This document shows, piece by piece, positions 1-12,147 of a stretch of 64,000 nucleotides of DNA. Below the pieces are notes generated by a model. The model saw nothing but the letters and a program-made list of their open reading frames with translations. It was not told where the DNA came from and searched no databases. Both the position numbers and the translations under genes were made by a program. Numbering within the stretch: the stretch's first letter is position 1; the number at the start of each line of letters is the position of its first letter. Source of the DNA: Lama glama (Eukaryota); the NCBI GenBank assembly GCA_028534125.1, contig CM052832.1, forward strand, positions 9,240,001 through 9,304,000. Direction: 5' to 3'.

Positions 1-612
1 TGGTACCCCTGCCCTCAAGTGTGCCTAATGTCCTCCAGATTCGAACCCCCTTCCCCACACTCACCCAGGTTTTCTGTTTACAGAGATTAAACCTCCAGTC
101 TTCTGCTGTGGTGGGACAGGTAGTTGGGAGAGTGTTTAGGGCTCTAACTGCCTCTTTAGTATTTCAACCAGTTTTCCTTGTTTTATCCCTCCCTCATCCC
201 CTAAAGGTAACTAGTTTCACCATGTCCCGAGCCTTTGGAGGATTCTGTAATGCAAATTAGTTTGATTATGTTTCCCATGGCTCCCTTAGAATTCTATTTT
301 CTCAGGCCTGAGTCATTTACTTATAGAACAGCTGTTCATTTTTGCACATTTATTTTGCGATTAGACACCGTAGTACATTTTCTTACTCTTAAGTCTTTAA
401 AGTATACAGTCATAACATCTGCAAAGAATGAAAATTTTCTTTCCGTTAATAATTTTTACACTTTCTATTTCCTTCCCTTCTATAGTTGCATTGACTTACA
501 CCTTCAGTACAACGTGAAATAGAAGAGGCAACGTGGGCATCTTTGTCTTTTTCTAGATTAACTGGGTGTCTTTTAATATTTCTCCATTAAGTATGACACT
601 GGTTTTAGTTTG

Positions 613-1112
613 NNNNNNNNNNNNNNNNNNNNNNNNNNNNNNNNNNNNNNNNNNNNNNNNNNNNNNNNNNNNNNNNNNNNNNNNNNNNNNNNNNNNNNNN
701 NNNNNNNNNNNNNNNNNNNNNNNNNNNNNNNNNNNNNNNNNNNNNNNNNNNNNNNNNNNNNNNNNNNNNNNNNNNNNNNNNNNNNNNNNNNNNNNNNNNN
801 NNNNNNNNNNNNNNNNNNNNNNNNNNNNNNNNNNNNNNNNNNNNNNNNNNNNNNNNNNNNNNNNNNNNNNNNNNNNNNNNNNNNNNNNNNNNNNNNNNNN
901 NNNNNNNNNNNNNNNNNNNNNNNNNNNNNNNNNNNNNNNNNNNNNNNNNNNNNNNNNNNNNNNNNNNNNNNNNNNNNNNNNNNNNNNNNNNNNNNNNNNN
1001 NNNNNNNNNNNNNNNNNNNNNNNNNNNNNNNNNNNNNNNNNNNNNNNNNNNNNNNNNNNNNNNNNNNNNNNNNNNNNNNNNNNNNNNNNNNNNNNNNNNN
1101 NNNNNNNNNNNN
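613..1112. other. Assembly gap (500 N)
   Basis: Run of exactly 500 N. The flanks 414-612 and 1113-1311 are identical. Confidence 0.99.
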
Positions 1113-1349
1113 AACATCTGCAAAGAATGAAAATTTTCTTTCCGTTAATAATTTTTACACTTTCTATTTCCTTCCCTTCTATAGTTGCATTGACTTACAC
1201 CTTCAGTACAACGTGAAATAGAAGAGGCAACGTGGGCATCTTTGTCTTTTTCTAGATTAACTGGGTGTCTTTTAATATTTCTCCATTAAGTATGACACTG
1301 GTTTTAGTTTGTGTTTATTTATTATGTTAAGAAAATATTCCTGATTTCT

Positions 1350-1510
1350 TTTTTTTACATTTCTTTTTATTTATTTACTTATTTATTTGTAGGTTTTGGG
1401 AGGAGATAATTAGATTTCTTTCTTTCTTTCTTTCTTTCTTTCTTTGCTTTTTAGAGGAGTACTAAAGTGTTAAGCATGTACTCTACTACTTTGAGCTATA
1501 CCCTCCCCCG
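1350..1510 (-). mobile_element. tRNA-Ala-derived camelid SINE (vic-1 type), internally deleted
   Basis: The reverse complement starts GGGGAGGGTATAGCTCA and has an A-rich tail. TSD is aaatattcct(g/c)atttct at 1333-1349 and 1511-1527. Confidence 0.85.
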
Positions 1511-1556
1511 AAATATTCCTCATTTCTATTAAGAAACTTTTATCAGAAATTAATGT

Positions 1557-1643
1557 TGATTGTGCTCTACACCAGAGATATACACATTATAATTGACTGT
1601 ACTTCAATTTAAAAAATAAAGATTCAGACTGGGGGAAAAAAAA
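1557..1643 (+). mobile_element. Extremely 5'-truncated young L1 3' end
   Basis: The L1 terminus TACACCAGA...CACATTATAATTGACTGTACTTCAA is followed by an A tail. TSD is agaaattaatgt at 1545-1556 and 1644-1655. Confidence 0.8.
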
Positions 1644-2689
1644 AGAAATTAATGTCAAATCTTTCAGACTTACAACATCTGTATTCACGGCTGAAATTTG
1701 CCTGTAGTTTTCTTTTGGCTGCTGTATTTTTCAGGATTTCGTATCAATGTCATACTGGTTTTGTAAAATGAAGTCTGAAAGCTTGTTCCCTCTCTTATGC
1801 TTTTGAACAGTTTAGCAGCATTGAAACTATCTGGTGAGTAAATTTTTAAAATAACCGTGTTCAGTACCTGGACAGATTGGGTCTCCACCATCCCTTTAGG
1901 TCAGATGAGCCTTTGAAGGGTGATGCCTGCCTCTGAGCAGATGCACCCGGTTAAGCTGTAGTCCTGGCAGGCACTGCAGAGGTAATATTGAATGAAAGAT
2001 GTAAAATTTACTTTCTGGAAGCTTCAGGGAGCAGGAAAAGGAGGAGAAGGAAAAGGAAAAGGAGGAGGAGGAAGTTAATTGTATTGTTTGGATAAGAATT
2101 GAGTTCAACAGACTGTGTTTCTCTTCAGTGGGGCCTGATAACAGAGGACAAAGTGAAAGGAATTTCTACTGCTCCTTTCTCCACAGTCCTCAGACTTGCC
2201 CCACAGTTCCGTGGTCTCCCTAGTCACCTTTGTAGACACTTCCCCAGAGGGAATACATGAGGCCCCCTCTGTGCCACTGGAACCACATGCTGACAAACAG
2301 AAAAGCTCTGTGTTGGTTTGGTGACTTGAGGACCCCTTTCTCTGATGAAAGATGGTGTTTGATACATTCTGCCAGCTTGATTTGGCTGTCTGAGTCAAGA
2401 CCTAATGGCTTTTCAGAGTTTACCACCAGGAAAAATGCTGAGGTGGAAGATTCTGGAAAGAATTCAGTATGTTATAAATGAGAAACTCCTGGCTATGTTT
2501 GCAAATGGAAGTTGCTGCCTCTAGTGGCTGAACAGGGTGACTGGGTGACTTTTACAAATCTCCAAGGTCCACAGCTCTATGAAACGGGAGTGTTTTGAAG
2601 ATGACTTCGTATTTTTAAATGGGGCTTTGCACATAGATCATCGCTACACTCCCTTTAACTGTCATAACTGATGAGAGAGTCAGTACATC

Positions 2690-2935
2690 TCAGGAGACCA
2701 AGAACAGAAACTCTGGCTTCAGACGGACACAGTGTGAAACCTACTTCTGTTCTAATTAGTTGTATGACATTGGTCAAATTAATGAGCCTCTCTGGATGTC
2801 AGCTTATCTGTAAAGAGGGGACATCAAGGTACCTGCTTCATAAGGCTGATGTGAAAGTGAAATGAAATATTGAGTGTGAGTCTTCTAACATGGTGTCTGG
2901 CCCACATGAAGGGCTTATTACATAGGAGCTGCTGC
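2690..2935 (+). mobile_element. MIR SINE
   Basis: Degenerate MIR core (tgtatgacattggtcaaattaatgagcctctctggatgtcagcttatctgtaaa). Confidence 0.65.
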
Positions 2936-4249
2936 TGTTGCTGTTAATATTATTCTATAAGCCTTCTGAGACTGACAGTTATACCACTAAATAGGAGCTT
3001 TTGGAGAGAGGGGTAAAATCCAGGCCTATCTGGGAGTTAAATGGAAGCTGAGGGCCTCTTTCTGACCCATCAGAATCAGGGCTTTGCAGGCACCTATAGG
3101 AGTTTCCCAGCTGGAATTCACTGAAATTAGAACACAGCTCAGAGACCAGATGGGGTCCAGGCCCCAGAGCTCAAAGAACAGTGATGTATCCCCACCTGGG
3201 CTGAAGACTGCCCACTCCTTGGCATTATGGTGACACAGCCCCCTTCTGCCTCTGCTTTTCACACTTCTGTTCCTACCGGCCTACCTCTGTCTTCTTTTCT
3301 CTGTCTTATGGCTTCTCTTCTCTCCAAGCTTCTGCTTATCAGGAGTTCTGGGCCTCTGTGGCTTCTATGGCCTCATGGTATTGCCTCCCATCTGATGAGC
3401 AAAAGTTTTCATAGCATAGCTCCTTGTGAGCTGCGGGCTGGGCCACGCACTGGCTGACCTTGCATTGGTTTCCCACTTCTGGTCCATTCATCTGTGGCCC
3501 TGGAAGACACGTGATTCTGTCTGGGGCTTTGCTCCTCTGCACAGGGATGTGGCAGGGCCACGGGTGTTCCCAGTGCTGTGCACTTGGTTCTATCCAGGAA
3601 ACACTGTTATCCTTCTTATAAGCACAAAAGACTTAAATTGGAATTTTGATGATTCTCAAACCAAATGAATAGCAGAATCTCATGGGCAAATTTTTACAAA
3701 CGTCAGTCTTGGGGAACCACTCATTTGTAAAGTGGGGACAGTAATAACACTTATCTCATTAGATTGATGTGATCATTTTTTTTTTCAGAATTTTTTTGAG
3801 TGTGCTGTTTGTTATGAAAAACAGTTGGAAATCTAACGCCTCCGAAATAGGAACTTCTTAAATCAGTGGTTCTCAAGGTCTGGGAGGAGAGAGAGGGACA
3901 GTATGTCAGAATTGTTTGGGGAATGATCTCTGTCACTAGAATGGAGGCAGAGGTTGAATTTCCCAGACTATAGTACCAGCTGCAACCCCCATTCCCAAAA
4001 GCACTTTGCTGAGTGACCTATAGTCATATATCCTTAAAATGGATCTCATGTAGCCAATCAAAATGATCTTGCAGACATGTATTTTTTTTAACATGCAAAG
4101 GAGGCCGTGATGGATCATTGAATTGAAAAAGCAGATTATAAAACAGGACGTGATGGTAGGAATTTTTAGAGGAAGAAAAAGTACGTATAAAAAAAGTACA
4201 TATAGTTGTCTACAAATAGCTAAGAATCCGGAATATTAAAAGTATGTTT

Positions 4250-4575
4250 GGCAGACTGGTTGCATCAGCATTACCTGGGAGCTTCATAGACATGTAGAAT
4301 CCAGGGCCTCTCTCCAGACCTACTCCATCAGAATCTGCATCTTGGCAAGATTGCTACATGGTTGGTGTGCACGGTAAACTCTGAGACCCTGCTCTGCAAC
4401 ACGGGTTCTTGTCTTGGGTGTTCATCAGAATTCACCTCAGGAGCATTAGAAAAATCCTGATGCCCAGGTAGCATCCAGACCAATTAAATCTCAGTCTCTA
4501 GGGGTGGGGCTGGGCATCGTATATCTTAGAACTCCCAGGTGATCCTCAGGTGCAGCCAGGGTTGGAAATACCTGC
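4250..4575. mobile_element. Two adjacent MER5-type hAT-Charlie MITEs
   Basis: catcagcattacctgggagctt...catcagaatctgcat, then catcagaattcacct...cccaggtgatcct...gcagccagggttgga. Confidence 0.75.
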
Positions 4576-5250
4576 TGTGAGGCTACACCCCAGCTGTTGG
4601 GAGTTCTGATTCTGTGGAGGGTGCGAACCTGGTGCTCTCGATTTTGTTATTTCTGCTTTTCTATATTTTCTGATTTTTGTTCAGGGAGCAAGTATTATTT
4701 TTGTAATGCTTTTAAAAATTTATTTTAAATTTAAAAGCCCCAAATGAATGCAAGGCTCATCTGAAAATTAGACAGCATCCTTGAAAGGACGATGTCTCAG
4801 AGCAGGATTCACCCTAGAAAGGGGAATGGGGGTGGCACATGCTCTCAGGTTGGAGGAATGGACAGTGAAAACAAAGCAATACGTGGAACCTTTTCTTTTA
4901 TTTGTGGTCACGATATAGAATTTGTAAAATTGTATTTTGAAATTTAAAAATATCACAGAAAGCATGAGCTTTTAATGGTTAGCAAAAGGGAACATGGGTT
5001 AAATGTTAAAAAAAAACTCTGTTTTAGAGGAAAAAGAGGAGTCAGTCCATCTTTACCATCTGACTTGGTGGGTCTCTTCCCCTTAAGACAAAATAAACTA
5101 AACATTGCTGAGAGCTCACTAACCACCAGCATCATAATAGGCATTTCATTATCCTTACAGTAATGCCAAGGAGCAGCTACCATCTCACCATTTTTAGGGA
5201 GACTGAGCCCTAGAGGAATTACTTAATTTGCATTTGACTCCTATTCCTAG

Positions 5251-5580
5251 CCCTGTGCTGTCCAATAAGGCAGCCACTACCCACACTTGGCTACTGAGCA
5301 CTTAAAACAAGGCTGGTCTGAACTGACTTGTGCTGTGAGCATAAAATAGGCACCAGATTCCAAAGTCTTAGTATGAAAAAAAAAAGTAGAATAGCTCATT
5401 AATAAAGTTTCATAGCAATTACACATTGAAGTGATACTGTTTTGGATGTATTGAGGATAAATATGATATATTATTAAAATTTATTTCAGCTGTTTCTTTT
5501 TCCCTTTTTAAATGTGGATACTAGAAATTATAAAATTATGTATGCGGCTTGCGTTTGTGGTTCATAGTTTATTTCTAGCC
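5251..5580. mobile_element. MER33/MER3-type hAT-Charlie MITE
   Basis: ctgtgctgtccaata...gcagccactacccacacttggctactgagcactt, through an AT-rich body, to gcggcttgcgtttgtggttc. Confidence 0.75.
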
Positions 5581-5765
5581 AGGCAGAGGCAACCAGAAGT
5601 TAGAACCAGAAGGATTATTCAATTTTGTTGTTTATTCTCTTTGGAACCTTCCTAAGAGCAGATTAAAGGGTGAGAGAGGAAGCAGCTTCTCCCTTTCTGA
5701 TTCAGGATTGGGTGGAAAAGAGGTTAAAATGAGTTTGAGGGCATTCCTGCCAACTTTCTGTGACC

Positions 5766-5925
5766 TAGTGGTTCTTAGCCTCAGCTGAACATTAGAATTT
5801 CCTGGAGAGGTTTTTAAAATCCCGATCTCTGCCGCACTATTATCTGATTAAATCAAAATCTCTGGAGTATCTCTCTTTTTCAGGGTACTGAGTGAGGTTC
5901 AGCCAAAACTGAGAACCACTGCTTT
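5766..5925. mobile_element. MER5-type MITE
   Basis: Terminal inverted repeats agtggttct...gagaaccact enclose a cattagaatttcctgga core. Confidence 0.7.
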
Positions 5926-6278
5926 AGCCAGATTTTGTAATCCTTCTTCCCCGGAACAAACTCCAGCTGGGAACGAAGGCTAGAGACTTTAAGAGAGCAG
6001 AGACCTAAGATGATCTTGAGGGAATGTTGTTTGGGTCATTATACATTTTCTTTAAAAAAAACAAACAAACTGAGTTTGCCTTATTTCTGTTTTGCGAATG
6101 AATCTTGAAAGAACAGGGTTAGTTTAGTTATCTTAAAAATTCAGCCTCATGGCCACTAGGGGGATTGGATTAAAACGCCTGCAGGATAGGCTTTTGTCCC
6201 TGGAGAAACTCCTCAGAGTGGAGGAAAATTGGCACTGTCACTCTGGTGGGCAAAGAAGCTGCTTGTTTTGCAACTTTT

Positions 6279-6345
6279 TTGTTTTTCATTTTTAATTATA
6301 TACATATATTTTTAACTGAAGTATAGTCAGTTTACAATATTGTGA
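6279..6345 (-). mobile_element. About 67-bp L1 3' tail insertion
   Basis: ttttaactgaagtatagtcagtttacaat is the same terminus as the L1 at 40642. TSD is gttttgc(a/t)actttt at 6265-6278 and 6346-6359. Confidence 0.8.
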
Positions 6346-6464
6346 GTTTTGCTACTTTTAAACTTTTATTCAAGTTAAATTCTATAACTTAAAGGACTTG
6401 ACCTTTGTGTCAATGAAAAGTGATATAATCTTCCTGGAGCTCACTTTAGCAAGATAATTATAGA

Positions 6465-6700
6465 AGATATTTATGGAGTGCTCACTGTATGTCAGACTCA
6501 GTGCTGAGTGCTTCACACATGATCTCATTTAAATCCTCACAACAATCCGATGCAGCCAGTATGATTATTATCTCAATTTCAGGTAAAAAACAAGGGCTGG
6601 AGGGACTAGAGAACAGATCCATGGTCACAGAGCTGGAAAACAGAGGATGTGAACCCAAGCAATCTGTCCCCAGAACCTGCCTTTTAACCTGTAACTAGTA
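6465..6700 (-). mobile_element. MIR SINE
   Basis: atttatggagtgctcactgtatgtcag...tctcatttaaatcctcacaacaa...atggtcacagagct. Confidence 0.8.
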
Positions 6701-7856
6701 TCATATAAAATAGACTTTGCCCAGTGATTTTAGTTCTAGGACTTTACTTTAGGAAATGATCAGACTACTGCATGATTCAGAATAAAACTAGACCTAGAAA
6801 AATTTCAGTGCCCCTATTTTTCTAAGAGATTAGTTTAAATAAATTAGTGTATAAAAGTTTTCATAAAATGAAAAATATGTAACAGCTAAGAGTGCAGACA
6901 TAGAAGTAATGTACTGAAGTGGAAAAAATCTTCATGAAGTATGAAGTTAAAAAAAGCAATTTAGAAAACATTCAGTACAATATCCAGAAAGAAAAATTCA
7001 GTGGGTATGTGTATAGGAGGGAACACTAAAACATTAACAATGGCTATATTTAGAGGGAATATCAGAAATTTTAACTTTCATCTTTTCATTTCTTTACATT
7101 CTAATTTTTCCATAATGCATCTTTCAAGTAGTAATTTTTTTAGAGCAATGCAAACGAAGATATTTCAGGATATGAAAGAACAATGCCTGCTTAAAGGAAG
7201 TGGAAGGAGTTAGTAGGAACTAGTCTTTGAGGTTGTCCTGGGCACTAAATTTAGCACTAAAACTCTGGCAGCCAAAGGAAAGAGAGAAACATATTGGTTG
7301 TATAAATTTCTTATTATTTTATTTGGTGTTTTATGAGAGAGCCTCTTCGGTAGTTTTCTGCATTTCTACTTGTTTACTCTTGTGAACTTCAGAGTGTGTG
7401 ACCATAAACAGTTGCTCCACGCATATCCCAATTCTGTTACCAAGTGCATTGAACTTGATGGAACTTGTGTTCGCTGAGTACCTCCCATGTGCCAGGCTAG
7501 GGGCCGAGTGCTAAGTCATCTCCTCCTTAGAACAGAACTCTGATTCATACCTCCTGTTCACCCCTCCTCCCCGACCTGGAATCCAATTTTATGCAAATGC
7601 TTCTGTTCTTAATTCTAGTTTAAGCTCCTCCAGTAGAGTCTCCAGTCCAAGCCAATCTTCCTCTTTTGAGACACCTATTGCACCACCAGTCCTCATGGAA
7701 CAATTCAGTACATACAAATTCCCCAAGCTTTTCAGAAACATTCGCTGTGTCTCCACTATTAGACCAGAAACAACCTGGAAACGTGGGCCTATTTTCTCTT
7801 ATGTGTTGAACCCTGGAATTATAGCATTTTAGAGTTTGAAGTGGACGCCTGACAGC

Positions 7857-7965
7857 TAGGAGGACCAGTGCGTCGTGGTTTGCCTGGAACTCTCCTGGTT
7901 TTAGCACTGAAGGTCCCATATCTGGAAAAACCACTTAGTGATGGCAGGACAGCTGGGCACTTTCT
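7857..7965. mobile_element. MER81-type hAT-Blackjack MITE
   Basis: ggtttgcctggaactctcctggttttagcactgaaggtccc matches the MER81 core. Confidence 0.65.
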
Positions 7966-8369
7966 GGGTACTCACTAATTATTACTTGATTGGTTGGATT
8001 GTTTTATATGGTAAAATCCCTACTGGGCATATTCCCATTTTTAGCTATATATTGACAAAATTATAATCCCTGTATTAACATGGCTTTGTCTACTGCTGTG
8101 TGTGTATAATCATCAGGCAAACTCTGAGAGTAGGAAAAGGCAGGGGTTCTTAGTCCAGCTGAGAAAAGTAATGCTGAGGAGTTTTGTAAATTTTTCTGCA
8201 TATGAAGTGACTAATCCAAACTATGAGTTAGCTCTTTTGATTCCTAATCAGGGCTTCCTGGGATTTGAAAACACCCACATGGAGCTTCAACTCAAATCTT
8301 CCATTATTTTAAATAATTGCACAGGACTTTTGTGACGAAAAGCACAGATTGTAGTTTGAGATTCAAAGG

Positions 8370-9790
8370 GCTTGCATAAATGAAACATGGAATATCATAT
8401 ATTGTTTAATGGAACAATTCAACATTATAAAGATAATTTCCCCCAAATTAGTTAATAAAGTGAATGCAGTTTTAGCAAAAGTTCCAGCAAGATTTTTCTT
8501 AGAACATGATAAAGTTATTCTCAAGCTCATCTGCTAGGATACCTAGTGAAGAAAAATTTAAGAACATTTTGAAAAAGAACAATTGTGAAGGGGGATAATT
8601 GTACTTCTAGATTTTAAAAGTTATTACAGTGCTTTAAGCAGTGAGGTGTTGGCACAGAACTGATTGATCAGAGGAACAAAATCAGAAGTCCAGAGAGAGA
8701 ACCCAAAGCATATTAGACATTTGGTATATGATTAAGCTGGTTCAGGTCAATACGGAATGATTATTTAGTAAATGATGTTAGGCAAATAGACCGATCATTT
8801 GAATGCAAATAAAATTAGAGCTCTATCTCTCCCAAAATGCCAAAATAAATTTCAAATGGCTTACAACTTTTAATGTAAGAAAACAAAGCTACAAAGGAAT
8901 CAGAAGAAAAACCAGTGAATGTTTATGTGATCTTTGGGAGAAGAAAACCTTTCTAAATATAACATGAAAGGCAGACATCATTAGGGTAAAAACAGATTAA
9001 ATTTGATTACATGAAAAATTAATTTTTAGAAAGTATAATAGAAATGACAATGTGCAAAAAACCTCTGCTGCATATAAAACAATTTGAAAGAATTCTTACA
9101 AATTATTAAGAAAAAGACAAGCATACTAATAGAAAAATGGCAAAGTACACCATTTGCCACAGGAGTACAAATTATTAAAATTTCTATCTCCTTAGTAAGC
9201 AAATTAAAGTGAACAAAAATCAAAAAGCTCTCCCTCTCCATTTTTTTTACTTAATGATATAGGCAAAAAATAATGTAAATGAGATATCATTTGCTGGTTG
9301 GAGAACAAATCAGCAGCCTTTCTGTAAGGCCAATTGTAATAGGAATTAAAGCCTTGTTAACCTATGTTCATTTTGATCCAGCAATAATACATCTATTTGT
9401 ATTTTAAAGTAATAATCAGAAATATGTGCAAATACCTCTTTATGTACGTGGGAATTTTATTTATTGTCATTAAAAGGAAGATACAATTTAAATGTCTAGT
9501 TCTAGGAAATTAGTTGCATAAATGATAGAATATTCCTCCTGTAGAATGAGAGGCAATTATGGAAATATACTCAGCAGTTCATGTTGTAGAAGGATATTTA
9601 ATGGCGTGAAAAATATTCATAATAATGTATATTGCTAAATGAAAAAAGCATGTTACTAGGCTGTATTCATAGCATGATCCTGTGTTTGTTTACACACATA
9701 CATACACACAGAGCATGACTTGTGCATTACAAATGATTTTTTCTTTTTCTTTTTAACTTTTCTGCATTTCTGCAGTGCACATTTATTGAT
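8370..9790 (+). mobile_element. Ancient L1 (L1ME-like) ORF2 3' half and 3' UTR
   Basis: A-rich, with degraded L1 landmarks (caacattataaagat, aatcagaagtccaga, atagaaaaatggcaaag, tttgatccagcaat). Confidence 0.7.
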
Positions 9791-10199
9791 TTTTTTTTAA
9801 TACGGAAAAATAATGACTTAATTATTGTTGAAGAAAACGTAGATCCTGGGTCAATTTTTTTTTTTGAGGTATGGAATTATAGGGATGTTTTTGTGCTGTG
9901 ATGTATATTTCTGTAATGCTTGAATTTTATTTATGGAATTTGATCATTTTTATAATCAAAAGGAAACAATTTTAAAAAATAAAGAGCTGGGAAGCAAAGA
10001 AGTTCATACTCTTTAATCCAACAATTTCTTACCCCTGAATATGAGCAAACAATTATACAAAGATTGCTCATCAAGCAGTATTTCTAACAGAAACCTCCCT
10101 CCAAAAAACCCTGTTAACAAACGTATAAATACCATCTGAATGTCTAACAAAGGAAGCTAGGTAAATAAATTCTGACAGACCCATTAGATGGACCTACAG

Positions 10200-10366
10200 C
10201 AGCATAGTGAATTCAGCATGAATCCAGCCTGCTCAGATTCAAATCTCAGCTCTACCATTTACTTGCTGTGTGACTTTGGACAAGTTACTTAATCTCTCTG
10301 AGTTTCAATTTCCTCGTTAGTAAAATGAAGATAACAATCGTACCTATATTAGGTGGTTATGAGGAT
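10200..10366 (+). mobile_element. MIR SINE
   Basis: ttcaaatctcagctctaccatttacttgctgtgtgactttggacaagttacttaatctctctgagtttcaatttcctc. Confidence 0.85.
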
Positions 10367-10369
10367 TTT

Positions 10370-11195
10370 TAAGTCAAAGCTGATGCAGGAAACGAATGAC
10401 ACAAATGAGATAATTTGAGTAGAGTTTAATAAAGGTACCCTTTACAGAGGTGTGGACAGGCTATAGTGAAACCACCAAAGACAGTGCAGTGCTCTGGGCT
10501 AGTGATAGTAGGAAGTCATAGGGAGCAGTAGGGCAGGTATTAGAACCTGGAGAGAGAGAGAAAGAGAGTTCCTAGGAGGAGCTGTGCCCTTTGTTGAGAG
10601 CCCAGTGACCCTTCATACCTTAACCTCGCTCTCCGGGCTTCTGAGACATCCGTGATTGTCTGCCCCTGCTGCAATAATGGTGCATACAAACAACCCGAAA
10701 TCTCACTGGCTACAAACGACAGACATTGGTTTTTCTCACTCCCAGGTTGACAGAGGGAGCTCTGCTTCAGGCTTTGGATTGGTTGGGGTCAGGTCAGCTT
10801 CCTGGGCCTCTTATTTTGGAATCAGTGGCCAAGAGGCCAAACCAAACATGCAAGTCCATTTCAGGCCTCTGCTCACACCAAGTCTGCAAACATTCCATTG
10901 GCCAAAGCGTGTCCCATGACTGAGACTAAAATAAATAGAGTAGAGATATTTATATTCCATGTCCTCTACTAGAAGGCAAACTCCACTGGCAAATCCTAAC
11001 ACAGGAGAGAGGGAGAGAGTTGGGAATGATAATCCAATGACAACTTGTCATTGGCCGAATCCAAGGGAAGTGAGAGGGCACAGAAGCCCAGGGATGCAGT
11101 CTGTGCAAGTGAGCCTTTGGGAGCACAGAGCAGGGTGGGAGAGGGTAGAGGTATCTGGAGAGGCAAACAAATCCTGCAATCTCTGCAGGATTATG
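10370..11195. mobile_element. ERVL/MaLR-class LTR remnants, probably nested (inner MLT1-like piece about 10655-10920)
   Basis: LTR-like motifs tttaataaaggt...tttacagaggtgtggacagg and ctccactggcaaatcctaac...cagaagcca. The inner piece reads gcaataatggtgcatacaaacaacccgaaatctcactggct. Confidence 0.5.
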
Positions 11196-11849
11196 TGAGT
11201 TCATATTTTTAACAAATTTAGGGTAGTGACTGGTAACTAAAAAATACAATATAAGTGTTTGTTAAACGAAATAATAAAATATGGTGTCATTGAGAATGAT
11301 CTTTTTGAGAATATTTAATTAGGTATTTTAAATGTTTATAATTAATTGTTAAGTGAAAGAGGTTATAGAGCAGGTGTACATTATAATGTCACTTAAAAAT
11401 AGAATATACCTAAAGGAAAGAATGGGAGAAAACTTAGCAAAATAATTAGATTGTTAGAGCCTTGGCACCATCCCCTCCTCCCTCACAACCACCAATAAAT
11501 CCTACTTTCCTGTCAAAAGAAAAAAAATTAGATTGTTGCTGGGAGGTAGAATCATGGGGAATTTTTCCTTTCTGTGCTCTGTGTTCAGAAATAGGTTGCC
11601 ACATACGATCTTATACATTGTGCACTGCACAACTCCAGGGGGCCCCATTCATCCCTCTTCACACTTTCAGCTTATACAACCTCCTTTATTACCCACAGCT
11701 TCTAAAACACACATGTATTATGCTTGTGTAATCAAATAAATGCAGTAAAAATTGCAGCCTTGCTTTTTCTCCCTAATACTTTTCAAAGACAGCAGAAATT
11801 GACCTAGTTTGGCATTTTTATTAGAGTGGTGAAGAAATTATTCCAGTGT

Positions 11850-12147
11850 AGATGTCCTTCAGTATTGTGGGGGTTTGGTTCCAGGACCCCCATGGATACC
11901 AAAATTCATAGATGCTCAAGTGTCATATAAAATGGCGGTGTATTTGCATGTAACCTACACAGTCCTCCCGTATACTTTAAATTATTTCTAGGTCACTTAC
12001 CTAATCCAATGTATATGCTAAGTAAATAGTTGCCGGCATTCAGCAAGTTCAAATTCTGCTGTTTGGAACTTTCTGGAATGTTTTTTGCCCCGACTATTTT
12101 TTGATCTGTTCATTGGTTGAATCTGCCGACACGGTGGGCTGACCGTA
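11850..12147 (+). mobile_element. MER2B-type TcMar-Tigger MITE
   Basis: ggtttggttccaggacccccatggataccaaaattcatagatgctcaagt...tttggaactttctggaat...ttggttgaatc. Confidence 0.85.

Larger units (their letters stand above)
230..1880 (-). mobile_element. Old LINE-1 ORF2 remnant, interrupted by the gap, a SINE and a young L1 tail
   Basis: The minus-strand peptide SFYKTSMTLIRNPEK (ORF 1685..1891) resembles the L1 RT-proximal motif [15 protein letters not shown]. The T-rich composition fits antisense L1. Confidence 0.65.

Noticed and set aside
566..1221. Long ORFs spanning the N run
   Set aside because: They are artefacts of translating through the assembly gap.
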